Positions 16,325 to 25,161 of a stretch of 50,516 nucleotides of DNA are shown here, piece after piece. Source of the stretch: a virus (Duplodnaviria; Caudoviricetes). The notes beneath the pieces are model-generated. The model was not told the origin of the DNA and made no database searches. It worked only from the letters and a program-made list of their open reading frames with translations. The stretch lies in the IMG/VR virus record IMGVR_UViG_3300032132_000765, positions 1-50,516 of that record; one strand, written 5' to 3'. Numbering within the stretch: the first letter of the stretch is position 1; every line of letters begins with the position of its first letter. The position numbers and the translations under genes were made by a program.

Positions 16325-16966
16325 TTACACCCTAACCTTGCTCGGCGCCACGATATGTCCGACGTAGTGCATTTGCTCGATCTGATCCATTGGAATTGTG
16401 CGCCGGCCGAACTGCTCGTTCACCGATTGCACTACGACCTCCTCGTCAGTCGCCTGCAGCAGCTCCTTGAGCATGCACTCGCCGTCATGCAGTCGGATCA
16501 TCACGTATTCGAGCGGAACGAGGCGGTGGTTCGGCTCAACGACTGCGATCCATCCTGAGCGGATAGCAGGGGCCATTGAGTCCCCCTTGAGGCGCAGGGC
16601 GTAGGCGCCAGGATCGCGGGAGGGCACTTCGACAATGCCGTCCGCCTCATCCAGCGCATACCAGTAACCCTCTGTGCCCATCTGCGCGGTGCCCACGATC
16701 TGAATCTCGCGATAAGGGCTCAGGATGTCAGGCCCGACCTCAACATTGCTCTCGATGCGCTCCGGGCCTTCCTCGATGGCCAGCCATTGCGCACTGAAGC
16801 CGGTGGCTTTCGCCAGGGCGAACAAGTTCTCCGGCTTGAGGCTTTTGCTTTCACCTGACAGCCACTGAGTTACGGCGGAGTTCGCAACGTTGCACTGCGC
16901 AGCGATCTCGCCTTTCTTGAGCCCGCTGACCTGGATGGCGCGGGCAATTCGTTCGTGTCGTTCCAT
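16325..16966 (-). CDS. cI: CI repressor (HTH + S24 peptidase)
   Basis: HTH (GEIAAQCNVANSAVTQWLSG), GDSMAP serine and LKEL lysine; divergent from cro. Confidence 0.95.
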   Translation of the reverse strand: MERHERIARAIQVSGLKKGEIAAQCNVANSAVTQWLSGESKSLKPENLFALAKATGFSAQWLAIEEGPERIESNVEVGPDILSPYREIQIVGTAQMGTEGYWYALDEADGIVEVPSRDPGAYALRLKGDSMAPAIRSGWIAVVEPNHRLVPLEYVMIRLHDGECMLKELLQATDEEVVVQSVNEQFGRRTIPMDQIEQMHYVGHIVAPSKVRV

Positions 16967-16973
16967 AACACAC

Positions 16974-17049
16974 ATGTTAAGCATCCTGAATTTAAGCATG
17001 CACTCCGCTTAGGTATTTGCTTGACCTCGTTATTTAAGCATGCTGAAAT
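16974..17049. promoter_or_regulatory. oR region: pRM, pR and operators
   Basis: Operators TTAAGCATCCTGAA 16977-16990, partial TTAAGCATGC 16992-17001, TTAAGCATGCTGAA 17034-17047; pR TTGACC (17021) 17 bp TGAAAT; pRM -10 TAACAT 7 nt before the cI ATG. Confidence 0.8.
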
Positions 17050-17076
17050 AACGGCACGCTAACCCGAGGTCGAGCA

Positions 17077-17259
17077 ATGAAGACTCAAGACGTGGCCGAT
17101 TTCTTCGGCAGCAAGAAGAAGCTAGCGGACGCCCTCGGTATCCGCCCCAGCGCAGTAACCATGTGGGGAGAGACGGTTCCCGAGTCTCGCCAGTACCAAA
17201 TTCAGGTCCTGTCCCGCGGAAAGTTCAAGGCGGTTCGCAAGGCTCCAGTAGCTGCATAA
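17077..17259 (+). CDS. cro: Cro-like repressor
   Basis: 60 aa HTH: FGSKKKLADALGIRPSAVTMWGETVPESRQYQI. Confidence 0.92.
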   Translation: MKTQDVADFFGSKKKLADALGIRPSAVTMWGETVPESRQYQIQVLSRGKFKAVRKAPVAA

Positions 17260-17346
17260 GCGACATCCCTGTCAGTGGTTTCCATGAATCCAGTATTGCC
17301 CGACCAACGGTAGGGCGCCACGGAAAGAGACAAGAGGTTTTACGAG

Positions 17347-17769
17347 ATGGAAGATTTTTTGAGAGCTGCCCAATCCGCGGTGCTGGACCACGAAGCCAAG
17401 AGCCTGGCAGCCAAGATGGGCGTTCCGCATGTGAGCCTGCTTCAGCGCGCAAACCCGGACAACGATGCCCATCACCTGACCATTGAGCACTTGTTCGGAA
17501 TCCTGCTCCACACCGGCGACATGCGCCCATTGGAAGCGCTGGCTGAAGCGTTCGGCTTTGAGCTGGTAGCCAAGGAGCAGCCCAAGGCGCGCGACCTGTC
17601 CGCCGCGATGCTCCACGTGACCAAAGAATTCGCAGACGTCGCTCGCTCCGTGAGCGATGCGATGGATGACGGCCGTATCTCCCAGCACGAGCGTGCACAG
17701 ATCAGCCGCGAGATCAACGAAGCCCGCCACAGCCTCGACGTCATGGCGGCTTCGGTAAAGGTCGCCTGA
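17347..17769 (+). CDS. CII-like / YmfL-family regulator
   Basis: Position after cro; LAAKMG...ANPDNDAHHL, DDGRISQHE. Confidence 0.8.
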   Translation: MEDFLRAAQSAVLDHEAKSLAAKMGVPHVSLLQRANPDNDAHHLTIEHLFGILLHTGDMRPLEALAEAFGFELVAKEQPKARDLSAAMLHVTKEFADVARSVSDAMDDGRISQHERAQISREINEARHSLDVMAASVKVA

Positions 17770-17780
17770 CAGACAGGCAC

Positions 17781-17810
17781 AAAAAAGCCACCGGGCAAGG
17801 GTGGCTTCTT
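17781..17810. terminator. Hairpin terminator (possibly bidirectional)
   Basis: AAAAAAGCCACC-loop-GGTGGCTTCTT. Confidence 0.6.
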
Positions 17811-17842
17811 CAACAGCAACAACACGAGAAGGAATGTAGCAC

Positions 17843-18430
17843 ATGAATTACGGATTTATCTACTGCCTCGGAAATCCAGCGATGCCGGGCATCTTCAAGA
17901 TCGGTATGACCGAGCGCGCACCGGCCCAGCGCTGCCTTGAGCTGTCCGGCTCGACCAGCGCGCCCTTTCCGTTCGACATCCTTTGCTTTGGCCAGGTTGA
18001 AGAGCCGCGGAGCACTGAGGCTGAAATTCACGCTGCGTTTGCAGCCGTTCGGGTTAACGAGTGCCGAGAGTTTTTCAGGGGGCCGTACTCCGACATCCGC
18101 GATGTGATCAAGAGCTACAGCGAAGGGTTTGCGGAGACGAACTATGGCGGTGAAGCGCTTCAGCGCGAAGACCTGATGTCGGCCTTCCTCCTCCACGAAG
18201 ACATTGAGCAAAAGGCTATGGCCCTCATTGAGGCCGCCCGCTTTGAGGGGATCACCTTCTACCGCGACGGAAACGAGCTGCGCATGACCGGTCTGCTGCT
18301 TCCTTCCTCATGGATATCTGGCGCAGTGCACATGCTTCGTCGCCAGCTGGTGAGCCTCGTCCCCGAGAAAAAGCAGAGTCATCTGGCGGTCGTCGCTGCA
18401 AAAGTTTCTGCAGAGGAGATCGACTGGTGA
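17843..18430 (+). CDS. GIY-YIG nuclease, T5orf172-like
   Basis: GFIYCLGNPAMPGIFKIGMT...R...E..IH...REFF. Confidence 0.85.
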   Translation: MNYGFIYCLGNPAMPGIFKIGMTERAPAQRCLELSGSTSAPFPFDILCFGQVEEPRSTEAEIHAAFAAVRVNECREFFRGPYSDIRDVIKSYSEGFAETNYGGEALQREDLMSAFLLHEDIEQKAMALIEAARFEGITFYRDGNELRMTGLLLPSSWISGAVHMLRRQLVSLVPEKKQSHLAVVAAKVSAEEIDW

Positions 18431-19134
18431 GCACAATCATTATGACCCAGTGCTGGCCTCTGCAGGGCATGTCCGCTGCGCAGAAGGCGGTCCTTATCTC
18501 CCTGGCTGACAACGCGAACGACGAGGGTGTGTGCTGGCCTGCCATCGGCACCATCGTCAAGCGTACCTGCCTGTCTGAGCGCGCTGTACGCAACGCTATT
18601 CGCTGGCTGGAAGACTCCAAGGTCATCGCCAGTCATCAGCGTCATGGCCGCTCCACCTGGTACACCGTTACCCCGGCATCTTATGCCCCCGGCACCTCGT
18701 GCCCCCCGGCACCAGATGCCGCCCCACCCCGGCATGACGTGCCCCCCACCCCGGCACCAGATGCCCCCAGAACCGTAACTGAACCGTCAGTTGAACCGCA
18801 AAAAGGTGCTAGCGCACCTGCTGGCAAGTCGCAGCGCAAGGTTTCGGTTCCAGTGCAAGCGATCGTAGACCTGTTCAACGAGACGCTGCCCGAGCTGCCA
18901 ACCGTCGTCCTGATCAACAAGGGCCGTCAGGCCACTGTGAAAGCCCGCTGGAACGACAGCGAGGTTCACCAGGATCTGGACTTCTGGCGCGACTTCTTCG
19001 AATCGGTCCGTGCCAGCGACTTCCTGATGGGCAAGACCCAAGGCCGTGATGGCAAGCCTTTCCGCTGCAGCTTCGATTGGCTGCTGTGCCCGTCCAACTT
19101 CGTGAAGGTCGTCGAGGGTAACTACCATGCATGA
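18427..19134 (+). CDS. Replication initiator (lambda O analogue, N-terminal HTH)
   Basis: AQKAVLISLADNANDEGVCWP...LSERAVR; internal iterons; upstream of DnaB. Confidence 0.9.
   Translation: MSTIIMTQCWPLQGMSAAQKAVLISLADNANDEGVCWPAIGTIVKRTCLSERAVRNAIRWLEDSKVIASHQRHGRSTWYTVTPASYAPGTSCPPAPDAAPPRHDVPPTPAPDAPRTVTEPSVEPQKGASAPAGKSQRKVSVPVQAIVDLFNETLPELPTVVLINKGRQATVKARWNDSEVHQDLDFWRDFFESVRASDFLMGKTQGRDGKPFRCSFDWLLCPSNFVKVVEGNYHA
18673..18768. repeat. Replication origin iterons (five copies of GGCA-N5-TGCC)
   Basis: Copies start at 18675, 18691, 18708, 18731 and 18753 inside the initiator gene. Confidence 0.85.
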
Positions 19135-20512
19135 TCCCTACAGCCTCGAAGCCGAGCAGGGCGTCCTTGGCGCGATGATGATCCGCCCCGAGCTGATCGA
19201 CACCCTGAGCGATGGCCTGACCCCGAGCGACTTCTACTTCGCCGACAACGAGGAAGTGTTCCGCGCAATCCTTGAGATGCACGGCAAGGGACAAGGCGTC
19301 GACTACATGACCGTCGCCGAGCACATTGGCACCCTGCAGAGCGGCGATTTCGCCCTGGGTTACACGGCCACCCTGCACAAGAACACCCCGAGCGTCGCCA
19401 ACGCTGCGACCTATGCCCGTATCGTCGCAGACCGCGCCACTGAGCGAGCCCTAATGACCTGCGGCGAGCGTATCCACGAGATCGCGTGCAGCGATCAGGA
19501 TGTGGTCGACAAGGTTGCTGCCGCCCAAGCAGAGGCGATGGCCATTCAGACCGGCGTCGGTGATGACGAAGTGGTCATGGCCGCCGACATTTTCGGCGAG
19601 CAGGTCGAGGTCTGGCAGGAGCGCCAAGACCGCCATGCCCGAGGCGAGACGCTCATCGGCCTTTCGACTGGCCTTGACGACCTGGACGAAGCAACCGGCG
19701 GCTTGCAGCCGGAGCAACTGATCATCGTTGCCGGCCGGCCAGCGATGGGGAAGACCACGCTTGCCATGGGTTTCGCTGCTAGCGCCGCGATCCGTCAAGG
19801 CAAGTCGGTCCTTGTCTTCAGCCTGGAGATGAGCAAGGGACAGCTGATCGATCGCCTGACCGCTGCGGAAGGTAAGGTCCCGCTGAAGCTGATCAAGAAC
19901 GGCACCGCCGCGTTTGACCATGGCGCTGAGATGCTGTCGGCAGGCGCAGCTATCAAGCGGGCTCGCCTCGGCATCGCTGATCGAGCCGGCGTGACCATGA
20001 ATCGCATTCGCGCAATCGCGCGCAAGCACAAGATGAGACGCGGTCTCGACCTGATCGTGATCGACTACCTGCAGCTGCTTGACGGCAACGGCGGCAGCGG
20101 CAACCGCACCGAGGAAGTCAGCGCAATGAGCCGCGGCGCCAAGCTGCTCGCTCGTGAGCTGAAGATCCCAGTCGTGATGCTCTCCCAGCTCTCTCGCAAA
20201 TGCGAAGAGCGCCCGAACAAGCGGCCGATTCCGGCTGACCTGCGCGAGTCCGGCGCCATCGAGCAAGACGCCGATGTGATCCTCTTCGTCTACCGCGACG
20301 AGGTTTACAACGAGAACAGCGAATACAAGGGCGTCGCCGAAATCATCATCGGCAAGGGCCGGGACATCGAGACCGGCACCGTCCGCGCCGCGTTCCGTGG
20401 AGACATCAACCGCTTCGACAACCTGGCCGCCGGCTGGCAAGAGCCAGAAGACCGCCCGACCAAGCCCGCCAAGGTCGCAAGCCTTGCTGGCCGCTACGGG
20501 AGGTCCGCATGA
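19127..20512 (+). CDS. dnaB: Replicative DNA helicase (DnaB family)
   Basis: AGRPAMGKT, SLEM, IDYLQL, LSQLSR, LRESGAIEQDAD. Confidence 0.97.
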   Translation: MHDPYSLEAEQGVLGAMMIRPELIDTLSDGLTPSDFYFADNEEVFRAILEMHGKGQGVDYMTVAEHIGTLQSGDFALGYTATLHKNTPSVANAATYARIVADRATERALMTCGERIHEIACSDQDVVDKVAAAQAEAMAIQTGVGDDEVVMAADIFGEQVEVWQERQDRHARGETLIGLSTGLDDLDEATGGLQPEQLIIVAGRPAMGKTTLAMGFAASAAIRQGKSVLVFSLEMSKGQLIDRLTAAEGKVPLKLIKNGTAAFDHGAEMLSAGAAIKRARLGIADRAGVTMNRIRAIARKHKMRRGLDLIVIDYLQLLDGNGGSGNRTEEVSAMSRGAKLLARELKIPVVMLSQLSRKCEERPNKRPIPADLRESGAIEQDADVILFVYRDEVYNENSEYKGVAEIIIGKGRDIETGTVRAAFRGDINRFDNLAAGWQEPEDRPTKPAKVASLAGRYGRSA

Positions 20513-20652
20513 AGCACATCAACGAACTGCTCGAACAGTGCCTTGACCGCATGGAAGGGCAGCAAGAGTCGGCGATGAACCGCATGCGTGTTCGTCAGCT
20601 GCTAGCCAAGGTCCGCGCCAAGCGTGCCGAGCGCCGGAGGGCCGCCGCATGA
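20509..20652 (+). CDS. Small basic hypothetical protein (47 aa)
   Basis: Hand translation MKHINELLEQC...; ATGA overlaps at both ends. Confidence 0.6.
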   Translation: MKHINELLEQCLDRMEGQQESAMNRMRVRQLLAKVRAKRAERRRAAA

Positions 20653-20807
20653 CCGCCCTCCAGCAGCACGCCATCCAGCTCCTGCAGCGCCAGGGCTACC
20701 AGATACGACACACAACCGGGGCAGGCATAGGCCTATCCCGCGGCAATGACCATCGCGTCGTGGATGAGCACGGCAAACAGATTCGCGGAGTGGGAGCACG
20801 GAAATGA
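20649..20807 (+). CDS. Small hypothetical protein (52 aa)
   Basis: Hand translation MTALQQHAIQLL...; ATGA overlaps at both ends. Confidence 0.6.
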   Translation: MTALQQHAIQLLQRQGYQIRHTTGAGIGLSRGNDHRVVDEHGKQIRGVGARK

Positions 20808-21058
20808 CCGATTACATGGAGATGAAAGAAGCCTACGAGCAGGCCCGCACAGCTCCCGATCCAGCCGACAAGGCCAGCGCTCAACAGATGCTTAGCGAGA
20901 TGCACGGCGTTGCTGCTGTGCGGGAGCGGCTGCAGGGGCAGGGCGCAGAGGAATGCGAGGAGTGCGGCATTGAGATTCCCGAGGCGCGCCGTCGTGCTGC
21001 GCCGTGGGCGGTATGCTGCGTGGACTGCCAGGGCCTGCGGGAGCGTCGCCATGGCTGA
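20804..21058 (+). CDS. TraR/DksA C4 zinc-finger protein
   Basis: DPADKAS...CEECGIEIPEARRRAAP...CVDCQ. Confidence 0.9.
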   Translation: MTDYMEMKEAYEQARTAPDPADKASAQQMLSEMHGVAAVRERLQGQGAEECEECGIEIPEARRRAAPWAVCCVDCQGLRERRHG

Positions 21059-21491
21059 CCTTATGCTCCGCTCCGACATGGACCGCCAGCGCCTGATCAG
21101 CTTCCTGCAGGGCTTGGACCTCTCCAAGCCTCGCAAGGTGGCTATCACCGAAGTGCGCAGCAAGCGCTCTGACGCCCAAAACCGTCTGCTCTGGCAGTGG
21201 AACGGCCTGATCCAGCAGCACCTTCGCGAGTCGTTCGGGCAGATCGCCAGCGCTGAGGAATGGCACGAAATACTGGTCAGCAAGCTATGGCCGTCAGAGG
21301 TGCACCCGGTGGAACTGCCTGACGGCACCCGGTACCGAGTCGGCCGCGCCAAGACACGAGCCTTCACGATCCAGCAGATGACCACTTACCTCGAGCTGCT
21401 TGACGCCTACTGCGCCGAGCACCTGGGCCTGCTGCTGCCGCACCCGGAAGACCTGATGTACGCCATCTATGGCGAGCGGAGGGCAGCATGA
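21051..21491 (+). CDS. ninB: NinB/YbcN-family recombination protein
   Basis: KRSDAQNRLLWQW...EEWHE...MTTYLELL. Confidence 0.82.
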   Translation: MADLMLRSDMDRQRLISFLQGLDLSKPRKVAITEVRSKRSDAQNRLLWQWNGLIQQHLRESFGQIASAEEWHEILVSKLWPSEVHPVELPDGTRYRVGRAKTRAFTIQQMTTYLELLDAYCAEHLGLLLPHPEDLMYAIYGERRAA

Positions 21492-21790
21492 CCCGCATTG
21501 TTTCCAAGAAGCTCCGCGACAGCGCCAAGGGCCAGAGCTGCACCCTTCGCCTTCCAGGCTGCGGCCACGATGACGGGACGGTGGTGCTGGCTCACATCCC
21601 GTGCGGCCACAAGGGTGTAGGCATGAAGGGTCCGGATGTCATCGCCTGCTTCGCCTGCGACCACTGCCACTCCGTGCTCGATGGCCGGCGCCGCGGCGAA
21701 CTGACCGAGGGCGACCTTCTGCGCGCCCTGGCTGAAACACAACTGATCTGGTTCCGCGATGGGCTTCTGGCTGTGAAGGGGGCCGCATGA
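21488..21790 (+). CDS. DUF1364/YbcO-like putative nuclease
   Basis: LRDSAKGQSCTLRLPGC...TVVLAH...ACDHCHSVLDG. Confidence 0.82.
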   Translation: MTRIVSKKLRDSAKGQSCTLRLPGCGHDDGTVVLAHIPCGHKGVGMKGPDVIACFACDHCHSVLDGRRRGELTEGDLLRALAETQLIWFRDGLLAVKGAA

Positions 21791-22044
21791 GCAAGACAGC
21801 CCAACGAAAGCGCGCCCTCTACGACCAAGGCTATGAGCACGGCCGCACAAACCATCACTTCTATTGGAAGCGCCATCCGTTCATGGATGTGTACAGCCGC
21901 GGCTACAGCGCCGGGCAGCAGGATCGGTGGAGCGCGGCAAAGAAGGTCCGTGACACCAGCGGCGCTCTGTTTGGCCCTGCCCTGTTTGCCGGTGTGCTGG
22001 TTGCAGGCGCAGTGCTGATAGCAGCAGTGAGCGCTGCCGCATGA
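21787..22044 (+). CDS. Hypothetical protein with C-terminal TM helix
   Basis: ATGA overlaps at both ends. Confidence 0.7.
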   Translation: MSKTAQRKRALYDQGYEHGRTNHHFYWKRHPFMDVYSRGYSAGQQDRWSAAKKVRDTSGALFGPALFAGVLVAGAVLIAAVSAAA

Positions 22045-22199
22045 AGACCTGCCCCGTAGACGCCACCCACAAGACAACGGCCTTCAGCAGCCGGCAGACC
22101 CTGTACTGCCACGACTGCCGCAAGGAACACCCATGGCCGCTAAAGCCAGGCCAGATACCCCTGATCGCAAACAACAGAGCAACGAGGAAGCCGCAATGA
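22041..22199 (+). CDS. Small Cys/His protein (52 aa)
   Basis: Hand translation MKTCPVDATH...YCHDCRKEHPW...; ATGA overlaps at both ends. Confidence 0.6.
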   Translation: MKTCPVDATHKTTAFSSRQTLYCHDCRKEHPWPLKPGQIPLIANNRATRKPQ

Positions 22200-22477
22200 A
22201 AGCGCACGAGTTCCTAGGTAAAGCCCAAGCCCTGATGGAAGAGCGCGGCAAGCAGTACGACGCCCAGGATGGCGAGCGCTCCATGTGGCGCACCGTTGAG
22301 GCGTTCAACGCGATCACCGGCCGGAACCTTACTGAGGCAGAAGGCTGGTTGCTGCTGCAGATCCTGAAGGACGTTCGCCAGTGGCAGAACACCAGCTACC
22401 ACGCCGACAGCGCCGAGGATTGCGTGGCCTATGCCGCGCTGAAGGCTGAGGCACTGAGCGGGCTGGCCAGCGCATGA
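22196..22477 (+). CDS. DUF6378-like all-alpha protein
   Basis: ERGKQYD...ERSM...LKDVR...DSAEDCVAYAAL. Confidence 0.7.
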   Translation: MKAHEFLGKAQALMEERGKQYDAQDGERSMWRTVEAFNAITGRNLTEAEGWLLLQILKDVRQWQNTSYHADSAEDCVAYAALKAEALSGLASA

Positions 22478-22513
22478 AGCTCTCGCGAATCGACGTGATA
22501 GGACAGAACGGCA

Positions 22514-22750
22514 ATGACGGCGAGCACTACGACGGCGTTGGCCGGGAATGGCTCATTCAATCTGGCCTCATTGCCAGCAGCGGAGCGGATGAAGATCGAG
22601 GCGCAGAAGCACGGCTATCTGATCCTGCACAAGCTCAAGGGGATGACCGGGCCAGCACGGCAGGCGAGGGGGCGCGAACTGATGGATCGTGTGCCCGAAA
22701 CTGTGCGGCCTGCGGTTGCCGAGTGGATAAAGGCGAGGGCAGGTAGATGA
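22514..22750 (+). CDS. Hypothetical protein (overlaps an alternative frame at 22474-22746)
   Basis: Stop overlaps the ATG of the next gene. Confidence 0.55.
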   Translation: MTASTTTALAGNGSFNLASLPAAERMKIEAQKHGYLILHKLKGMTGPARQARGRELMDRVPETVRPAVAEWIKARAGR

Positions 22751-23097
22751 CAGCCGCCAGACGCATGCAAGCCCTGGGGCGCCTCCCAGTCGGCCAGCTC
22801 AACAAGACCGAGGAGGCGTACCGCCAGCACCTAGAGGTCCGCAAGTTCGCCGGCGAGATCGCTTGGTACCGCTTCGAGGGAATCAAGCTGCGCCTGGCTG
22901 ACAAAACGTTCTACACGCCGGATTTTGCAGTGATGTTGGCGAACGGCGTGCTGCAGCTACACGAAGTTAAAGGGTTCTGGACCGATGACGCGCGAGTGAA
23001 AACCAAAGTCGCCGCCGACCAATACCCGATCCAGATCATCGCCGTAACCGCCAAGACCAAAAAGGCGGGCGGCGGCTGGGCAATTGAGGAGTTTTGA
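22747..23097 (+). CDS. DUF1064-like PD-(D/E)XK endonuclease (possible resolvase)
   Basis: NKTE...YTPDF...HEVKG. Confidence 0.82.
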   Translation: MTAARRMQALGRLPVGQLNKTEEAYRQHLEVRKFAGEIAWYRFEGIKLRLADKTFYTPDFAVMLANGVLQLHEVKGFWTDDARVKTKVAADQYPIQIIAVTAKTKKAGGGWAIEEF

Positions 23098-23766
23098 ATG
23101 GCCAACACTGCAGGGGTGAAGTTGCAGCCCGGCGAGCGTTACTCGACGAAGTATCCAGGTTACATCCTGCGCGCTGACGGCTCGCTGAGAAAGCCGTTCG
23201 AGCGACGCGACAAGCAGAACAGGCAGCGCTGCGCCAATCGGTACTACGACGAGATGCCATGCTCCGTTTGCTCAGCTGAGCATCTGGTGGACCGGAACAA
23301 CAAGAAGACACAGTCGCGATTTTTCTGCTCCGCAAAGTGCAGGGCTCAGGCTGTTGCCGCTCCAGATGGCTCGAAGAAGAACAAGCGTGGGCGCACAGAA
23401 GACAGCCACATTCTTGTGAAGTGCGGGAATCACCCAGCGGCCAAAAAGGGTTTTGTCCCTGAACATCGACTTGTAATGGAGTCGATGCTGGGCCGGTACC
23501 TGTCGCCCGAAGAGCGCGTTCACCACATCAACTGCATCAAGAGCGATAACCGGCCAGAGAACCTTGCTCTATGCAAGGACGATCGCGAGCACTTCCTCGC
23601 GCACGGCTCCCTGAATAAATGCGTTGAGGCCCTAATAGAGGCCGGAGTCCTGCTGTTCGATCGGGAGCAAATGCAATACAGGGTCAACGACGCAAGCCTT
23701 AAGGGCCAAGCGGTGGCCGACGCCATTTTGATCGCCCGATTTGGGGCTAAAGGGGAGGCAGCATGA
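23098..23766 (+). CDS. HNH homing endonuclease
   Basis: EHRLVMESMLGRYL...VHHINCIKSDNRPENL; N-terminal Cys pairs. Confidence 0.88.
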   Translation: MANTAGVKLQPGERYSTKYPGYILRADGSLRKPFERRDKQNRQRCANRYYDEMPCSVCSAEHLVDRNNKKTQSRFFCSAKCRAQAVAAPDGSKKNKRGRTEDSHILVKCGNHPAAKKGFVPEHRLVMESMLGRYLSPEERVHHINCIKSDNRPENLALCKDDREHFLAHGSLNKCVEALIEAGVLLFDREQMQYRVNDASLKGQAVADAILIARFGAKGEAA

Positions 23767-24308
23767 TCTACCAGAACGTGGTTTCCGCAGTAGTGCGCGC
23801 CCTGGCGTCCGAGGTCATCAACAGTGCGGGGGGCTGCGATTTTGAGCCTAAGGTTCAAGCAGCTCGGGTGCCGGGCGCGATCTGCGGCAAGGAAGAGGCA
23901 TTTCTCACGGACTGTTGGGTACATGGCCGTCTCCACAAGGCGCTGCCAGTTGGTCTGTGGCTGGCTCTTGTGGCCAAGTACAGCACCCATCTGGAGCGCA
24001 AGCACGATGCAATGGTGGCGCTGGCCGGGGCTGTGAAGTCGCCGGCACCGGAGCGGTTCGTTCAGTGTGCAGTGGCTACATGGGCATTCCCGAAGCTGCC
24101 TGGAGTTGAAGGGAAGCGCAGCACGAGCGTATTGCCTGCCGCATGGTATGAGCTTGACCGTTGGGACGAAGACGGCCGTCCTCAGAAGACCCTGGAGCGG
24201 TGGCGGCGCGACATCCGCCGTGACTTGGAGCGCCAGGTGGATCAGGCGCTTGTCGAAGCGCATGAGATCCTTGCTCGAGAGGGGTTGATCCTGGGGGAGG
24301 CGGCGTAA
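23763..24308 (+). CDS. Putative late antiterminator Q
   Basis: Last nin-region gene before the late leader and terminator; C-terminal TLERWRRDI helix. Confidence 0.65.
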   Translation: MIYQNVVSAVVRALASEVINSAGGCDFEPKVQAARVPGAICGKEEAFLTDCWVHGRLHKALPVGLWLALVAKYSTHLERKHDAMVALAGAVKSPAPERFVQCAVATWAFPKLPGVEGKRSTSVLPAAWYELDRWDEDGRPQKTLERWRRDIRRDLERQVDQALVEAHEILAREGLILGEAA

Positions 24309-24850
24309 TGAGCCTGACGCAAGATCGCCTAAAGAAGCTACTGCGATACAGTCCCGTAGTTGGTGTTTTCGAAAAATTGATAGGCGGTGACAGGAAAAGC
24401 CGGCCTAGACGCTGGGTGCTTGCCGGAGGCGTCAGACGCGATACTGGATACATCATGATATCTGTCGACGGCAAAAGTTACGCAGCTCATCGGCTTGCGT
24501 GGCTCTACATGTACGGCGTGCTTCCGCAAGAGGAAATCGACCACATCGACGGGGACCGATCTAACAACGCCATCAACAACCTGCGGCTTGCCACTCGCTG
24601 CGAGAATATGTGGAACACGGCTTGCCATAAGAGAAATCGATCAGGAATCAAGGGCGTCAGCTGGGACAAGGCGCGCAGGATGTGGGTTGGCAGGATAAAA
24701 GCCGAAGGGAAGGTTGCATTCAATGCCTACTTTAAGACTCTTGAGGAGGCAGAGGCTGCAATGACTGAGGCGAGGGCCAGGATCCACGAGGAATTCGCGA
24801 ATAACGGTATTCATGGCTATGTTGCTGAAGAACTACTTGACGCAGGTTGA
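24308..24850 (+). CDS. HNH-AP2 homing endonuclease
   Basis: [35 protein letters not shown]. Confidence 0.9.
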   Translation: MSLTQDRLKKLLRYSPVVGVFEKLIGGDRKSRPRRWVLAGGVRRDTGYIMISVDGKSYAAHRLAWLYMYGVLPQEEIDHIDGDRSNNAINNLRLATRCENMWNTACHKRNRSGIKGVSWDKARRMWVGRIKAEGKVAFNAYFKTLEEAEAAMTEARARIHEEFANNGIHGYVAEELLDAG

Positions 24851-24915
24851 ACCACTGAGCCACTATATGTCCATCCTGTCGATCTTGCGCATTAAGGATT
24901 GACACACAACACATG

Positions 24916-24956
24916 AAGCCCCGGCACAGAGCAATCTGGTCGGGGCTTTTTCGTTT
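24916..24956 (+). terminator. tR'-like terminator of the late leader
   Basis: AAGCCCCGGC...GTCGGGGCTTTTTCGTTT. Confidence 0.75.
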
Positions 24957-25161
24957 CGGGCGGAACCTGGCTGATAAAGGCCTCGCCATCCTGCGCCCAC
25001 CCATTCGCACCGCATCGCGCAATAGAGTGCAGCGCCACGGCAGCTTAAGCGGCCTAACGTGCAATGCAGTGCAACCCTATTCCGGCCCCATGCCTGCCTC
25101 CTTGCCCCGAGCGGATCGCACGCGCATGTGAGGCCGGACCAAACACCAACGAGACTCCACT

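Noticed and set aside
18673..18768. Novel repeat element in the replication gene
   Set aside because: Explained as ordinary origin iterons within a lambda O-like initiator
19451..20440. 329-aa minus-strand ORF
   Set aside because: Antisense shadow of dnaB
24837..24875. Exact pR' promoter
   Set aside because: TTGACG-N18-CACTAT and a CCACT repeat are suggestive, but spacing and the -10 are too weak to call
24950..25160. tRNA genes in the late leader
   Set aside because: No cloverleaf or GTTCGA T-loop with an acceptor stem found by eye; tRNAscan-SE would settle it
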